Of a stretch of 64,000 nucleotides of DNA, positions 9,778 to 19,273 are shown piece by piece. The position numbers and the translations under genes were made by a program. The DNA lies in the NCBI GenBank assembly GCA_963836205.1, contig CAWIIV010000007.1:250536-314535 (forward strand), written 5' to 3'. Under the pieces are notes generated by a model. That model saw only the letters and a list, made by a program, of their open reading frames with translations, ran no database searches and was not told the origin of the DNA. This DNA is from an uncultured Acidimicrobiia bacterium (GTDB taxonomy: Bacteria > Actinomycetota > Acidimicrobiia > Acidimicrobiales > AC-14). Positions within the stretch are counted from its first letter, which is position 1. Each line of letters starts with the position of its first letter.

Positions 9778-10475
9778 AAGTCGCCATCGCGGGCGCGGGC
9801 AACGTCGGCACCTACATCGCCGCCGACCTCAAGGAGGCCGGCCACGAGGTGATGGTCATCGAGCAGAACCCCGATCTGGTCGCCCGCCTGCGCAAGAACC
9901 TCGACGTGAAGTGGGTCATCGCCGACGCCTGTGAGGTGGCGTCGCTGCACTCGGCCGGGCTGGCCGGGGTCGATGTGGTGGTGGCCGCCACCGGCGACGA
10001 CGAGGACAACCTGGTGATCTCGCTGCTGGCCAAGCAGGAGTTCGCCGTCCCCCGGGTGGTGGCCCGGGTGAACCACCCGGCCAACCAATGGTTGTTCAAC
10101 GAGACGTGGGGGGTCGACGTGTCGGTGTCGACGCCCCACCTCCTCACCGCCCTGGTGGAGGAGGCGGTGTCGGTCGGCTCCCTCGTGCGCCTGCTGCAGT
10201 TCCAGGACGCCCGCCTGGTGGAGGTCACCCTGGCCGACGTGTCCCCCGCGGTCGACATCCCCATCGCGGAGATGGGGGTGCCCCGGGACGCCACCATCGT
10301 GGCCATCATCCGCGATCGGCACGTGATCGTCCCCCGGGGCGACACGGTGATGCAGGCCGGCGACGAGGTGCTGGCCCTGGTGACCCCGGAGACGGAGGAG
10401 GCGGTGAAGACCCTGCTGGTCGGGGCCAAGGTCGACACCGGCCCCGACGGCACCTTCGGCCTGGCCATGAGCTGA
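9774..10475 (+). CDS. trkA: TrkA-family RCK protein (CeoC-like) with TrkA_C domain
   Basis: MKVAIAGAGNVG, AATGDDEDNL, WGVDVSVSTP, PRGDTVMQAGDEV. ATGA overlap. Confidence 0.92.
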   Translation: MKVAIAGAGNVGTYIAADLKEAGHEVMVIEQNPDLVARLRKNLDVKWVIADACEVASLHSAGLAGVDVVVAATGDDEDNLVISLLAKQEFAVPRVVARVNHPANQWLFNETWGVDVSVSTPHLLTALVEEAVSVGSLVRLLQFQDARLVEVTLADVSPAVDIPIAEMGVPRDATIVAIIRDRHVIVPRGDTVMQAGDEVLALVTPETEEAVKTLLVGAKVDTGPDGTFGLAMS

Positions 10476-10499
10476 GGCGCCTCCCGGCTCGAGCCCTCC

Positions 10500-10862
10500 C
10501 TAGCCGAGGAGCTCGTACCGGGGGTTCATCAGCAGGATGCGGCCCCGACCACCCTGGTCGGTACCCCGCCCGCTGAGGAGCAGGCGGCGGCCGGGGGAGA
10601 TGCCGGCGATGCGGCGGCGGCCGGTCCAGACGACCACCAGCATGCCGCTGCCGTCACCCACAGTGGCCTCCAGCGACGGGGATCCGGCCCGGGGGACGAT
10701 CCGCATGGAGGAGATCTCGCCGGCCACGGTGATCTCCTCGCGGGGCTGGCACTGGCCGATGGGTGTGACTCCCGGCAGCTTGGTGCAGAAGGTGCGCAGC
10801 TGCTCCTTGTCGAGCTCGGCCACGGGCACCGACAGCTCCCGGAACAGCTTGCGCAGGGGCAC
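10500..10862 (-). CDS. Small OB-fold protein (Rv2694c-like, copy 2)
   Basis: ITVAGEISSMRIVPRAGSPSLEATVGDGSG...WTGRRRIAGI...MNPRYEL; visibly similar to 2680-2943. Confidence 0.85.
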   Translation of the reverse strand: MPLRKLFRELSVPVAELDKEQLRTFCTKLPGVTPIGQCQPREEITVAGEISSMRIVPRAGSPSLEATVGDGSGMLVVVWTGRRRIAGISPGRRLLLSGRGTDQGGRGRILLMNPRYELLG

Positions 10863-10870
10863 GGCCGGTC

Positions 10871-11314
10871 CTACTGGTCGGTGGGCTGGCCGTTGTGGCG
10901 CATCACCAGCCGGACTTCGGTGCCCTCGCCCGACGAGCTGAACTCGACCACGTCGACCAGGGCCCGGATGAGGGGGATGCCCAGGCCCCGCTCGAACTTG
11001 AGGCGGGCGGGGTCGGTGACCGGCGGGTGGTCGGGCAGCTCCGCCGGGTCGAACCCGGCCCCCCGGTCGCAGATGCGGACCTCGAGGCCGCCCTCATCGA
11101 CCCAGCACCGGACGACGACCCGTTCGTCGGTGTCGATGGCGCTGTGGGCCTCGATGGCGTTGGTGCACGCCTCGGAGACGGCCAGCTTGAGGTCGTCGAC
11201 CCGCTCGTCGGCCAGCTCGCCGTCGGCGGCGGCCATGGCCGACACTGCCAGCCGGGCCAACGCGACGAACTCGGCCCGCGCCGGAATCTCGAGCTCCACG
11301 GCCTCCCCAACCAT
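10871..11314 (-). CDS. Anti-sigma factor / Ser kinase, RsbW-like
   Basis: DLKLAVSEACTNAI, DRGAGFD and ERGLGIPLIRALVD HATPase motifs. Confidence 0.9.
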   Translation of the reverse strand: MVGEAVELEIPARAEFVALARLAVSAMAAADGELADERVDDLKLAVSEACTNAIEAHSAIDTDERVVVRCWVDEGGLEVRICDRGAGFDPAELPDHPPVTDPARLKFERGLGIPLIRALVDVVEFSSSGEGTEVRLVMRHNGQPTDQ

Positions 11315-11335
11315 GGTCTCCGTCCTGCCCTCCCT

Positions 11336-11677
11336 CTAGGTGCCGTCCACCACGGCTGCATCGACCGATTCGTGGATGGAGAACACCTTGGTGAGTCCGG
11401 TGATCTCGAACACCTTCAGGATGCGGGTCTGGGTGCAGACCAGAGCGAGGTCGCCGTCGTGGCTGCGGAGCCGCTTCAGTCCGCCGACGAGCACCCCCAG
11501 CCCGGTGGAGTCGAGGAAGTCGACGGCCTCGAGGTCGACGACGATCTGGTACTTCCCGTCGCTGACCAGCTCGATGAGCTTCTCGCGAAACTTGGGAGCG
11601 GTGTAGACGTCGACTTCGCCCGTTACGCTCAGTACGGCCCAGCCGTCGCGTTCGGTGACGTCGAGTCCGAGATCCAT
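11336..11677 (-). CDS. bldG: Anti-sigma factor antagonist (STAS), BldG-like
   Basis: [41 protein letters not shown]. Divergent from a DUF1998 helicase, as bldG is in Streptomyces. Confidence 0.85.
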   Translation of the reverse strand: MDLGLDVTERDGWAVLSVTGEVDVYTAPKFREKLIELVSDGKYQIVVDLEAVDFLDSTGLGVLVGGLKRLRSHDGDLALVCTQTRILKVFEITGLTKVFSIHESVDAAVVDGT

Positions 11678-11789
11678 GACTGCTCCTCCTCCCCGTTGCC
11701 CACAGACCCTGGGCTCGGAGCCACGCTACCCCGTTGGTCCCCCCTCCCGAAACACGGAGGGTGGTGATCTGGCCGCGACGGTGGCCGCC

Positions 11790-14036
11790 ATGGCCGACGA
11801 CGGCCAGGTCGTCCACGTCGAGCGCATCCCGGCCCGGGCGGCGCGGGTGAGGGCGCCGGCCCGACCCTTCCCCGAGGAGTTGGCCGGATGTGTACCCCCG
11901 GACGGCTTGTGGACGCACCAGGCCGCCGCCGTCGACCTCGCCCGCGCCGGCACGTCGGTGGCGGTGAGCACCGGTACCGCGTCGGGCAAGTCGCTCTGCT
12001 ACCAGCTGCCGGTGGCGGAGGCCGCCCTGTCGGGCGGGACGGCTCTGCTCCTGTTCCCGACCAAGGCCCTGGCCCAGGACCAGCTGCGGTCGCTGGGGGC
12101 GCTGGGAGCCCCGGGCCTGGTGGCGGTGACCTACGACGGCGACACCGACCCGTCGGCCCGGACCTGGGCCCGGCGGTCGGCGAGCGTCGTGCTCACCAAC
12201 CCCGACATGCTCCACGTGGGCGTGCTGCCCCACCACGAGCGGTGGGCTCGGTTCCTCGGCCGGTTGCAGTACGTGGTGGTCGACGAGCTGCACACCCTGC
12301 GGGGGATCTTCGGCACCCACGTGGCCCACGTCCTGCGCCGGCTGCGACGGGTGTGCGCCCACTACCGGTCGGACCCGACGTTCGTGTTCTGCTCGGCCAC
12401 CATCGGCCGCCCGGGGGAGCTGGCGTCGGCCCTGTGCGGGCGCCCGGTGGCGGAGGTGGTCGACGACGGGTCGCCCCGCGGCGAGCGGGTGTTCGTGCTG
12501 TGGAACCCGCCGGTGGTCGACGAGGTGGCCGGCACCCGGGCGTCGGGCCACGGCCAGTCGGCCCGGCTGCTGGCGGGGCTGGTGGCCGGGGGGTCGCGGG
12601 CCATCGCCTTCACCCGCAGCCGGCGGGGGGCGGAGCTGGTGGCGGCCGAGGCCCGGCGGCGGGTGGCGGCGATGTCGGCCGCCGACGACGGGAGCGGCCG
12701 TGGGGGCCCGGGCCTGGCCGAGCTGATCCGGCCGTATCGGGGCGGGTACCTGGCGTCGGAGCGGCGGGAGATCGAGGCCGAGCTGTTCGGGGGTCGCCTC
12801 CGGGGCGTGGCCGCGACCAACGCCCTCGAGCTGGGGATCGACGTGGGCGGGCTCGACGCCTGCATCCTCGACGGGTTTCCCGGCACCATCGCGTCGATGT
12901 GGCAGCAGGCGGGCCGGGCCGGGCGGCAACGCCAGCAATCGGCTGCGGTGCTGGTGGCGGGGGAGGACCAGCTCGACCAGTGGCTCATGGCCCACCCGTC
13001 CGAGGTGTTCTCGCGGTCGCCGGAGCCGGCGGTGGTCAACCCGGGGAACCCGTTCGTGCTCGACCCTCACCTGGCCTGCGCCGCCTACGAGCTGCCGCTG
13101 ACGGCCGCCGACGAGGCGTGGTGGGGCGACGACCTTGACGACGGCGTGCGCCGGCTGGTGCTGGAGGACCGGCTGAAGTTGCGGGACGGGCGGGCGGTCT
13201 ACGCCGGCGGGGCGGCACCGGCACCGTCGGTCGGGCTGCGGACGGGATCGTCGTCGTCCGAGTACCGGATCGTCGCCGGCGACGAGGGCCGCCTGATCGG
13301 GACGGTCGACGAGGGGCGGGCGTACTCCACGGTCCATCCGGGGGCGCTGTACCTCCACCAGGGTCGGCAGTTCCGGGTGACCCGGCTTGACCGCGACGAC
13401 CGGGCCGCGTGGGTGGAGCCGTGCGAGGCGGACGAGGTGACGCAGGCGATGTCCGACCTGAACGTGGCCCTGCTCGGGGTCGACGACCAGGCCGTGGTAG
13501 GCCGGGCCGAGCTGTTCGTGGGGGCCGTGGAGGTCACCGAGCGGGTGACGGGCTACCAACGGCGGCGACGGTCGACCCGGGAGGTGCTGGAGCTGGTGGC
13601 GCTGGAGCTGCCACCCACCCGCCTTCGCACCCGGGCCTTCTGGTACGTGTTGGACGACTCGTTGTTGGCCGACGCCGGCATCCACCCGGCCCGGGTGCCC
13701 GGGGTCGTCCACGCGGTGGAGCACGCCGCCATCGGGATGCTGCCGCTCTTCACGATCTGCGACCGGTGGGACGTCGGCGGGCTGTCGACCAACCGCCAGG
13801 CCCAGACGGGGCTGGCCACGATCGTGATCTACGACGGCTACCCGGGCGGGGCCGGAATCGCCGAGCTGGGCTTCGCCGCCGGTCGCGGCCACCTGGAGGC
13901 CACGCTCGAGGTCGTGTCCCGGTGCGGGTGCGTCGCCGGCTGCCCGTCGTGCGTGCAGTCGCCCAAGTGCGGCAACCTCAACGAACCGCTGGACAAGGCG
14001 GGCGCGGTGTCGCTCCTGACGGCCCTTCTGGACTGA
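11790..14036 (+). CDS. DEAD/DEAH-box helicase with DUF1998 Zn domain (Hrq1/MrfA-like); start uncertain
   Basis: TGTASGKS, DELH, SAT, ATNALELGID, QQAGRAGR and C-terminal CGCVAGCPSCVQSPKC. Confidence 0.93.
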   Translation: MADDGQVVHVERIPARAARVRAPARPFPEELAGCVPPDGLWTHQAAAVDLARAGTSVAVSTGTASGKSLCYQLPVAEAALSGGTALLLFPTKALAQDQLRSLGALGAPGLVAVTYDGDTDPSARTWARRSASVVLTNPDMLHVGVLPHHERWARFLGRLQYVVVDELHTLRGIFGTHVAHVLRRLRRVCAHYRSDPTFVFCSATIGRPGELASALCGRPVAEVVDDGSPRGERVFVLWNPPVVDEVAGTRASGHGQSARLLAGLVAGGSRAIAFTRSRRGAELVAAEARRRVAAMSAADDGSGRGGPGLAELIRPYRGGYLASERREIEAELFGGRLRGVAATNALELGIDVGGLDACILDGFPGTIASMWQQAGRAGRQRQQSAAVLVAGEDQLDQWLMAHPSEVFSRSPEPAVVNPGNPFVLDPHLACAAYELPLTAADEAWWGDDLDDGVRRLVLEDRLKLRDGRAVYAGGAAPAPSVGLRTGSSSSEYRIVAGDEGRLIGTVDEGRAYSTVHPGALYLHQGRQFRVTRLDRDDRAAWVEPCEADEVTQAMSDLNVALLGVDDQAVVGRAELFVGAVEVTERVTGYQRRRRSTREVLELVALELPPTRLRTRAFWYVLDDSLLADAGIHPARVPGVVHAVEHAAIGMLPLFTICDRWDVGGLSTNRQAQTGLATIVIYDGYPGGAGIAELGFAAGRGHLEATLEVVSRCGCVAGCPSCVQSPKCGNLNEPLDKAGAVSLLTALLD

Positions 14037-14066
14037 CCCTCCGCCGCGGCCGGGGGCGGCAGCCCG

Positions 14067-16439
14067 TTAGCGCCGAGGGCCGACGAAGACCTCGGGGTTG
14101 GCCGCCCAGTCCACCTCGTCCTCGTCGTCGAAGAGCGCATAGAGCAGGTGGCGGTCGGGCTCCGGCTCCGGCTCGAAGACCCGCTCCGGCTCGACCTTGG
14201 CCCGTCGCTCCGGCGCGGGCTCGACCTTGGCCCGTCGCTCCGGCTCGACCGTCGCCCGACGCTCCGGCACGGCCTTGGCCCGTCGCTCCGGCTCGAACAG
14301 CGTCTCCACCTCGGCCATTGCATCCGGGTCGAAGAAGGTCTCGACGTCGGGCACGCGCTCCGGCTCGAAGTCCGGCAGGGTCGTTCCTTGGGCCTCGGGT
14401 TTCGGTTCGCCGGACCGCCAGGGCGCATGGGCCGGCTCGGGCTCGGGCGCCGGCTCCATATCGAGCGCCATCTCGGGCCCAGCCGTGGCGCCGTCAGCCT
14501 CGACGACGTGCTCGGCCTCGGCGTGGGCGACGAGCTTCGGCTCGCGGGAGCGGCCGCGCCGGACCCGGCGTGCCGGCTCGGGCACGACATCGTCGTCCAT
14601 CTCGGGCTCAGCCGATCGCTCGGGCTCGGCGGGTGCCACGGGTACCCGGGCCCGGTGGGGCTGGGGCGGCAGCGGCGGCTCGGGCTCGCCGTCGAGCTCC
14701 GCTGTGGACCAGTCCATTCGCGCAGGCTCGACGACGGCCTCGGCCTCGGCCTCGGGCTCGGGCTCGGCGTGGGCCACGGGCCGCCGGGGCCGGGCGGGCT
14801 CGGGGCCGGGCTGTTCGGGCCCGCGATCGTGCTCCGCATCCGGCCAATCCATTTGCTCGGGCTCGACGACGGGCGACCGGGCGGGCCGCGCCGGCTCGGG
14901 CATGAGATCGAACTCCGCCGCGGACCAGTCCGTTCGCTCAGGCTCGACGTCGGGCTCGGGCTCGGCGAGGGCCACGCCCACCCGGGACCGGGCGGGCAGG
15001 GGCGGAAGGGCAGGCTCGGGCACGTCATCGAGCTCCGGCGGGGGACCGTAGCGGTCGTGGTCGGCATCGTCGGCATCGGCATCGTCGGCATCGTCGGCAT
15101 CGTCGGGGGCGTCGAGGAACCCGAGGGCCAAGGCGGGCTCGAACTCGGCCCACACCGGTAGCCCGGCCAGATCGTCGTCGGGTGGAGCCCGGTGATGACC
15201 GTTGGCCACCGCGGCGGCGACATCGAGGGTGATCGGCATCGAGGCCTGTCTGGCAGCGGCCTGGTTGGCCCGCGCCGCCTCCAGCGCCCGGGCCACGTAG
15301 GTCCCCGGCGGTGGCTTCTCGGGGGCGGCCTTGGTGCGCACGTTGAGCAGCCGGACGTGGCCGGCCATGACGAGCAGGATGAGGCCCGCGGCCACCGGGA
15401 CGAGCGGGCGGTTGCGCTTGAACTCGGCCACCTGCCGCTGCCGGGGCGTCGTCGGCAGCACCGCGTCCTCCTCGCCCGGCTCGGCCTCGTCGGGGAACGT
15501 GCCGAAGGGGAGGGTGTCGCCGAAGCCGGTGTCGGGCAGGTCGAGGAAGATCGGACCCGGGCTGGGCAGAGTGGGTGCCTGCCCGGACAGGAACGCCCCG
15601 ATGTCGACGCCCTGGCCGGCCACGGTGGTCACCGGGCCGCCGGGGGGGTCGCCGGGATTGGTGGTGGTGGGCGGCGGGACGACGCTGATGGTGCGCTCGC
15701 CCGACGCAGTCGAGAGCTTGGTCGACTTCTCGTCACCGGTGAAGCCTCTGCGGACGGCGACGACCTTGTAGGCGAAGTCGCCTCCGCTGGTCGCGGCGGC
15801 GCTGGTGTCGGTGAACGTGGGACGCCCCGACGCCGGCTGCCTGATGTCGGACCCGAGCCGGCGGAAGTCGCCCCCGGGGTCCTTGCGGAAGAGGGCGTAG
15901 TAGAGGATGTCGGGCTCGCCGTTGCGGGCCCACGACACCTCCACGTTGCGGTCGTCACCGGTCTGGAGCCTGAGGTCGGTGGGTGCCGCCGGTTCCACGC
16001 CCAGGCGGAAGGTGATCGGCTCCACCGACGCCGACCCGGGGCTGCCGCAGCCCAGCCCCACGATGTCGCAGTACTTGCCGGTGGCTTCGACCACGTAAGG
16101 CCCGTTGTAGGTCAGCTCCGGGATCTCCCAGGTGAAGCTGACGTTGCCGGTGCCGCAATCCCCGGCGGTGGCGAGCTGGCAGCCGTCCTGGCCTATTGCG
16201 TCGCCGCCGGTGGGTCCGGTGGGCGAGACCCGGAGGTTGATCGCCGAGATCTGTTCCGTCGCCAGCCCGAGCAGTGACGCCCCGGTGAACGTGCCGCTGG
16301 CCACGGGCGACGTCGTCACGTCGTCGGCGGGGTCGATCGACATCGACCGGGCCGGGTCGGCGCCCGCCGGGGCGGCACTGCCCACGACCAGCACCACTAC
16401 CGCGGCCGCTCCGCTCAGGAGCCGGCCGTAATGGCCCAT
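14067..16439 (-). CDS. Single-pass membrane protein: signal peptide, Fn3-like domain, TM, long acidic Pro/Glu-rich repetitive tail
   Basis: Signal ...SAAPAGA-D, PAAPTDL...VEVSW...YYALFRK...FAYKVVAV (Fn3 pattern), TM PLVPVAAGLILLVMAG. Alternative GTG start at 16457. Confidence 0.75.
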   Translation of the reverse strand: MGHYGRLLSGAAAVVVLVVGSAAPAGADPARSMSIDPADDVTTSPVASGTFTGASLLGLATEQISAINLRVSPTGPTGGDAIGQDGCQLATAGDCGTGNVSFTWEIPELTYNGPYVVEATGKYCDIVGLGCGSPGSASVEPITFRLGVEPAAPTDLRLQTGDDRNVEVSWARNGEPDILYYALFRKDPGGDFRRLGSDIRQPASGRPTFTDTSAAATSGGDFAYKVVAVRRGFTGDEKSTKLSTASGERTISVVPPPTTTNPGDPPGGPVTTVAGQGVDIGAFLSGQAPTLPSPGPIFLDLPDTGFGDTLPFGTFPDEAEPGEEDAVLPTTPRQRQVAEFKRNRPLVPVAAGLILLVMAGHVRLLNVRTKAAPEKPPPGTYVARALEAARANQAAARQASMPITLDVAAAVANGHHRAPPDDDLAGLPVWAEFEPALALGFLDAPDDADDADDADADDADHDRYGPPPELDDVPEPALPPLPARSRVGVALAEPEPDVEPERTDWSAAEFDLMPEPARPARSPVVEPEQMDWPDAEHDRGPEQPGPEPARPRRPVAHAEPEPEAEAEAVVEPARMDWSTAELDGEPEPPLPPQPHRARVPVAPAEPERSAEPEMDDDVVPEPARRVRRGRSREPKLVAHAEAEHVVEADGATAGPEMALDMEPAPEPEPAHAPWRSGEPKPEAQGTTLPDFEPERVPDVETFFDPDAMAEVETLFEPERRAKAVPERRATVEPERRAKVEPAPERRAKVEPERVFEPEPEPDRHLLYALFDDEDEVDWAANPEVFVGPRR
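14160..14300. repeat. Coding tandem repeat (about 24-bp units, EPERRAKV-like)
   Basis: Repeated gctccggctcgaccttggcccgtc-like units in the tail of 14067-16439. A gcatcgtcg (DAD) repeat also lies at about 15061-15104. Confidence 0.75.
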
Positions 16440-16453
16440 CCGCCGGCTGGCGG

Positions 16454-17065
16454 TCACGCCGCCTTGATGTCGTGAACCCATTTGCCCTGGACCACCAGGC
16501 GTTGGGCAGCAGAGCCCTTGGGGTGGCAGGTGGTGAGGGTGAGCACCTTGTCCGCCGTCGTGGCGATGACGCCGAGGTCGGTGGGCGTGGTGACCCACGG
16601 GTCCTTGGTGAGCTCGTACTGGCACGCCCCGACGGGCGTGATGAGGTCGATGGTGTCGCCGGCCTTGAGCTCGTCGAGGTTGCCGAAGGGGCGCCCGTAG
16701 GTGGTGCGGTGCCCGGCGATGGCGACGTTGCCGCCTTCGCACGGCAGGGCCGTGTTGGGGTAGTGGCCGGCGCCGGCCCGCAGCGCGCTGGGGGTGATCC
16801 CCTCGACGACGACCACGTCGACGTCGATGGCGGGGATCCGGATGCGGGTCAGGCTGTCGCCGGTCTCGACCTTTCCCTCCTTGTAGGCCTGCTGCAGCTC
16901 GGGGCTCACCAACTGGTCGTCGAGCTTGGCCTGGATACGGCTCTGCCAGGCGTTGGTGAAGAAGGGATAGCCGACGAGGCCGATGCCCCCGAGGAGAAGC
17001 GCCACCGACAGCCCGGAAAGGCTCACGCGAATCCAGCGGTGGCTGCGGAGAAGGTTTATGAGCAC
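16454..17065 (-). CDS. Sortase (class E/D-like)
   Basis: N-terminal TM, GHYPNTALP, IAGHRTTYG and LTLTTCHP...QRLVV (His/Cys/Arg triad). Confidence 0.93.
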   Translation of the reverse strand: MLINLLRSHRWIRVSLSGLSVALLLGGIGLVGYPFFTNAWQSRIQAKLDDQLVSPELQQAYKEGKVETGDSLTRIRIPAIDVDVVVVEGITPSALRAGAGHYPNTALPCEGGNVAIAGHRTTYGRPFGNLDELKAGDTIDLITPVGACQYELTKDPWVTTPTDLGVIATTADKVLTLTTCHPKGSAAQRLVVQGKWVHDIKAA

Positions 17066-17150
17066 GCGGCCCTACCAATCAATTCAGGCTCGATCCAGAT
17101 GCAACGTGAGGGTACCGGAGCCGCCGGTGGGCCCGGCGTCAGCCCGGCGG

Positions 17151-18428
17151 TTAGTGGTCGGCCGGGTTGCGGTTGCCACTGGGCCGGGCGACGACCAGGC
17201 GGCGGGTGGTAAAGGCAGCCAGCAGGAGGACGAAGCCGGCCATCGGGACCCAGGGGTCGCCACCGGTCTTGGCCAGCTGGGCCACCGGCTCCACCACCTT
17301 CGCCTGCTCGACCAGTTGCGACTGTCCACCGATGCCGCTCTCGGCGTGGGCCAGCTCGAGCAGGATCCCGCCGCTGATGCCCTTGAGCAGGTGGAGCTTC
17401 ACGCCGTCGGCCACCGACGAGACGCTGCCGTCGGGGTTCTTGGTGGTGGTGCCGCCGCCGAGGGCGATGGTGGACTCGAGCGGCGTGCCGGCCAGCAGGG
17501 TGATGGGAGCGCCCAGCTTCACCGGGATCTCGGTGAGGGTACCGAGGATGGGCAGGCCGAGCTTGATGGTGAGGATGGCGGCGTCGAAGCCGGGGGTGCT
17601 GGTGCCGCCGGTTCGGTCGAACACCGACGTGGCCTTGGCCGAGCCGACGACGATCGACAGCAGCGGGGCACCGCCGAGGGCGAGGCCGGGCAGGACGTCG
17701 ATCTGGCCGCCCTGGGCGGTGGCGATGGCGCTGATCTTGCCCGTCTCGCTGAGGCCCTGGGAGGTGGAGTTGCCGAGGCGGATGGAGGCCAGCTGGGTCG
17801 CGTTCTCGAGCCCGTCGACCAGGCTGGACACGAGGCCGGTGTTGGGGTCGAGGCCGAGCTGGCTGACGAGGCCGGGGAGGAGGCCACCGAGGAGCGGGTT
17901 GAGGACGCCGGTGACGGTGCCGATGACCTGGTCGAGCAAGGGGGTGAGGGCGTCGAGGACGGGGGCGAGGAGGGCGAGGATCTGCTGGCCGCCGACATCG
18001 ATGGCGGCGACGCTGCCTTGGCCGAAGGCCTGGGGGGCGCCGACGGTGCTGTCGGCCTTGGCCTCACCACAGGCCAGCTGCAGGTTGAGGAGATTGAGAA
18101 GGGGGAGGTTGAGGACGCAGGCCTTGTCGGGGGCGAGCGCCTGGCCGGGACCGGTGGTCTGCACCGTGCTCACGGTGCCGGGGACGAGCAGGACGCCACC
18201 GCCGGTGGCCTTGGCCGCGGGGGCGCTGGTCATCTCGATACCGGAGGCACCGACGGTGATGTTGTTGCCCAGCAGGCCCAGGTTGAGGGCGCGGGCGCTG
18301 GCGGTGGCGATGAAGCTCTCGGCGCGGGTCTGTGTCGTCTGGGCCGAGGCGGGAGATGGCAGCACGAGGAACGCGCAGACAACGAGAGCCGATAGGGCAA
18401 TAGCCCCGGTTCGGCGGAACATGCTCAT
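17151..18428 (-). CDS. Secreted surface protein with LAxTG sorting signal
   Basis: Signal peptide ...SPASA-Q, Gly/Leu-rich body, C-terminal LAKTG plus hydrophobic segment and RR. Directly upstream of the sortase. Confidence 0.85.
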   Translation of the reverse strand: MSMFRRTGAIALSALVVCAFLVLPSPASAQTTQTRAESFIATASARALNLGLLGNNITVGASGIEMTSAPAAKATGGGVLLVPGTVSTVQTTGPGQALAPDKACVLNLPLLNLLNLQLACGEAKADSTVGAPQAFGQGSVAAIDVGGQQILALLAPVLDALTPLLDQVIGTVTGVLNPLLGGLLPGLVSQLGLDPNTGLVSSLVDGLENATQLASIRLGNSTSQGLSETGKISAIATAQGGQIDVLPGLALGGAPLLSIVVGSAKATSVFDRTGGTSTPGFDAAILTIKLGLPILGTLTEIPVKLGAPITLLAGTPLESTIALGGGTTTKNPDGSVSSVADGVKLHLLKGISGGILLELAHAESGIGGQSQLVEQAKVVEPVAQLAKTGGDPWVPMAGFVLLLAAFTTRRLVVARPSGNRNPADH

Positions 18429-18648
18429 GCTGTTCTGTCTCCTCCCGATGTAGCCGAGCCGAGTGCTCGACGACGCGCCCCGAGTGGCAACTACGTGCCT
18501 ACCGCATGTAGGTACCAGAATTCTCACCCCGGGTCCAGCCTTGGCCTGCAACTTCTTGCGTAGAAAGGCGGTTTGAACACTCTGCGTGGTCGGTGGCTTG
18601 GTCGGGAAGGATAATGGACCTCGCCGGACGCCGCCAGTGGTCGGTTGG

Positions 18649-19041
18649 CTACCTTTCAACTCTCATAGTGGCAGATGCCTCCAAGGTGACGTCGGGAATG
18701 GCCGCCCCGACCAGGGGAACGTCGGTTGGTGCCCGGTAGGTGACGTGGATCCGGACCCGGCTCCCGGGCCCGCCCCGGCCGCTGGCTTCGACCGAGAGAC
18801 GCGCCTCGTCGAGGGTGGAGCTGGCCGCCGCCGCCCGGGTGGGCACGTCCGCAGCGGCGTCGACGGCTGCCTCCCGGGCCGCCTCCCGGGCGGCGTGGAT
18901 GACCAGGATCTGGTCGCGCACGAGCAGCCCCACCTGGACCAGCACCAGCAGGAGGATGGCGACGAGGGGCAGGACGAGGGCCAGCTCGACTGCAGCCTGG
19001 CCCTCGTCGCCGGTTCCTCTCCGGGCGTGGTGGCCCGTCAC
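18649..19041 (-). CDS. tadE: TadE-like minor pilin
   Basis: G-QAAVELALVLP prepilin motif and AAREAAREAA. GTGA overlap with the pilin gene. Confidence 0.88.
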   Translation of the reverse strand: MTGHHARRGTGDEGQAAVELALVLPLVAILLLVLVQVGLLVRDQILVIHAAREAAREAAVDAAADVPTRAAAASSTLDEARLSVEASGRGGPGSRVRIHVTYRAPTDVPLVGAAIPDVTLEASATMRVER

Positions 19042-19250
19042 TTGGCCTTTCCGGTGATGCTCTTCATCACCGTGTCGAGGAGCTTCTCGATCAGGTCGGT
19101 CTTGGTGGCCCAGGCCACGATCAGCAGGGCGATGGCGGCTGCCCCCAGCAACACGAGGGCGTACTCGGCGGAGGCCTGGCCCCGCTCGTCGGTGCGGGCG
19201 CGGCCGTCGAGCAGGGTCCGGACATAGAAGTAGACGGAGATGGCGAGCAT
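19038..19250 (-). CDS. Flp-type major pilin (DUF4244-like)
   Basis: DERG-QASAEYALVLLGAAAIA Flp motif (G, E+5, Y). AAGGAG RBS. Confidence 0.88.
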   Translation of the reverse strand: MLAISVYFYVRTLLDGRARTDERGQASAEYALVLLGAAAIALLIVAWATKTDLIEKLLDTVMKSITGKAK

Positions 19251-19273
19251 CGGTGCTCCTTGGTGAGACGTGG

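Noticed and set aside
2943-10475. Very long ORFs 2943-6119 and 7173-10475 as fusion proteins
   Set aside because: Their N-terminal parts are antisense shadows of the permease genes, typical of high-GC DNA. Real starts are at 4962 and 9774. The same applies to most long Arg/Pro/Gly-rich ORFs in the track.
18430-18648. Riboswitch in the lower-GC leader of the LAxTG gene
   Set aside because: Only short hairpins (e.g. cctac-N5-gtagg) are visible and no aptamer consensus was recognised. An Rfam search would be needed.
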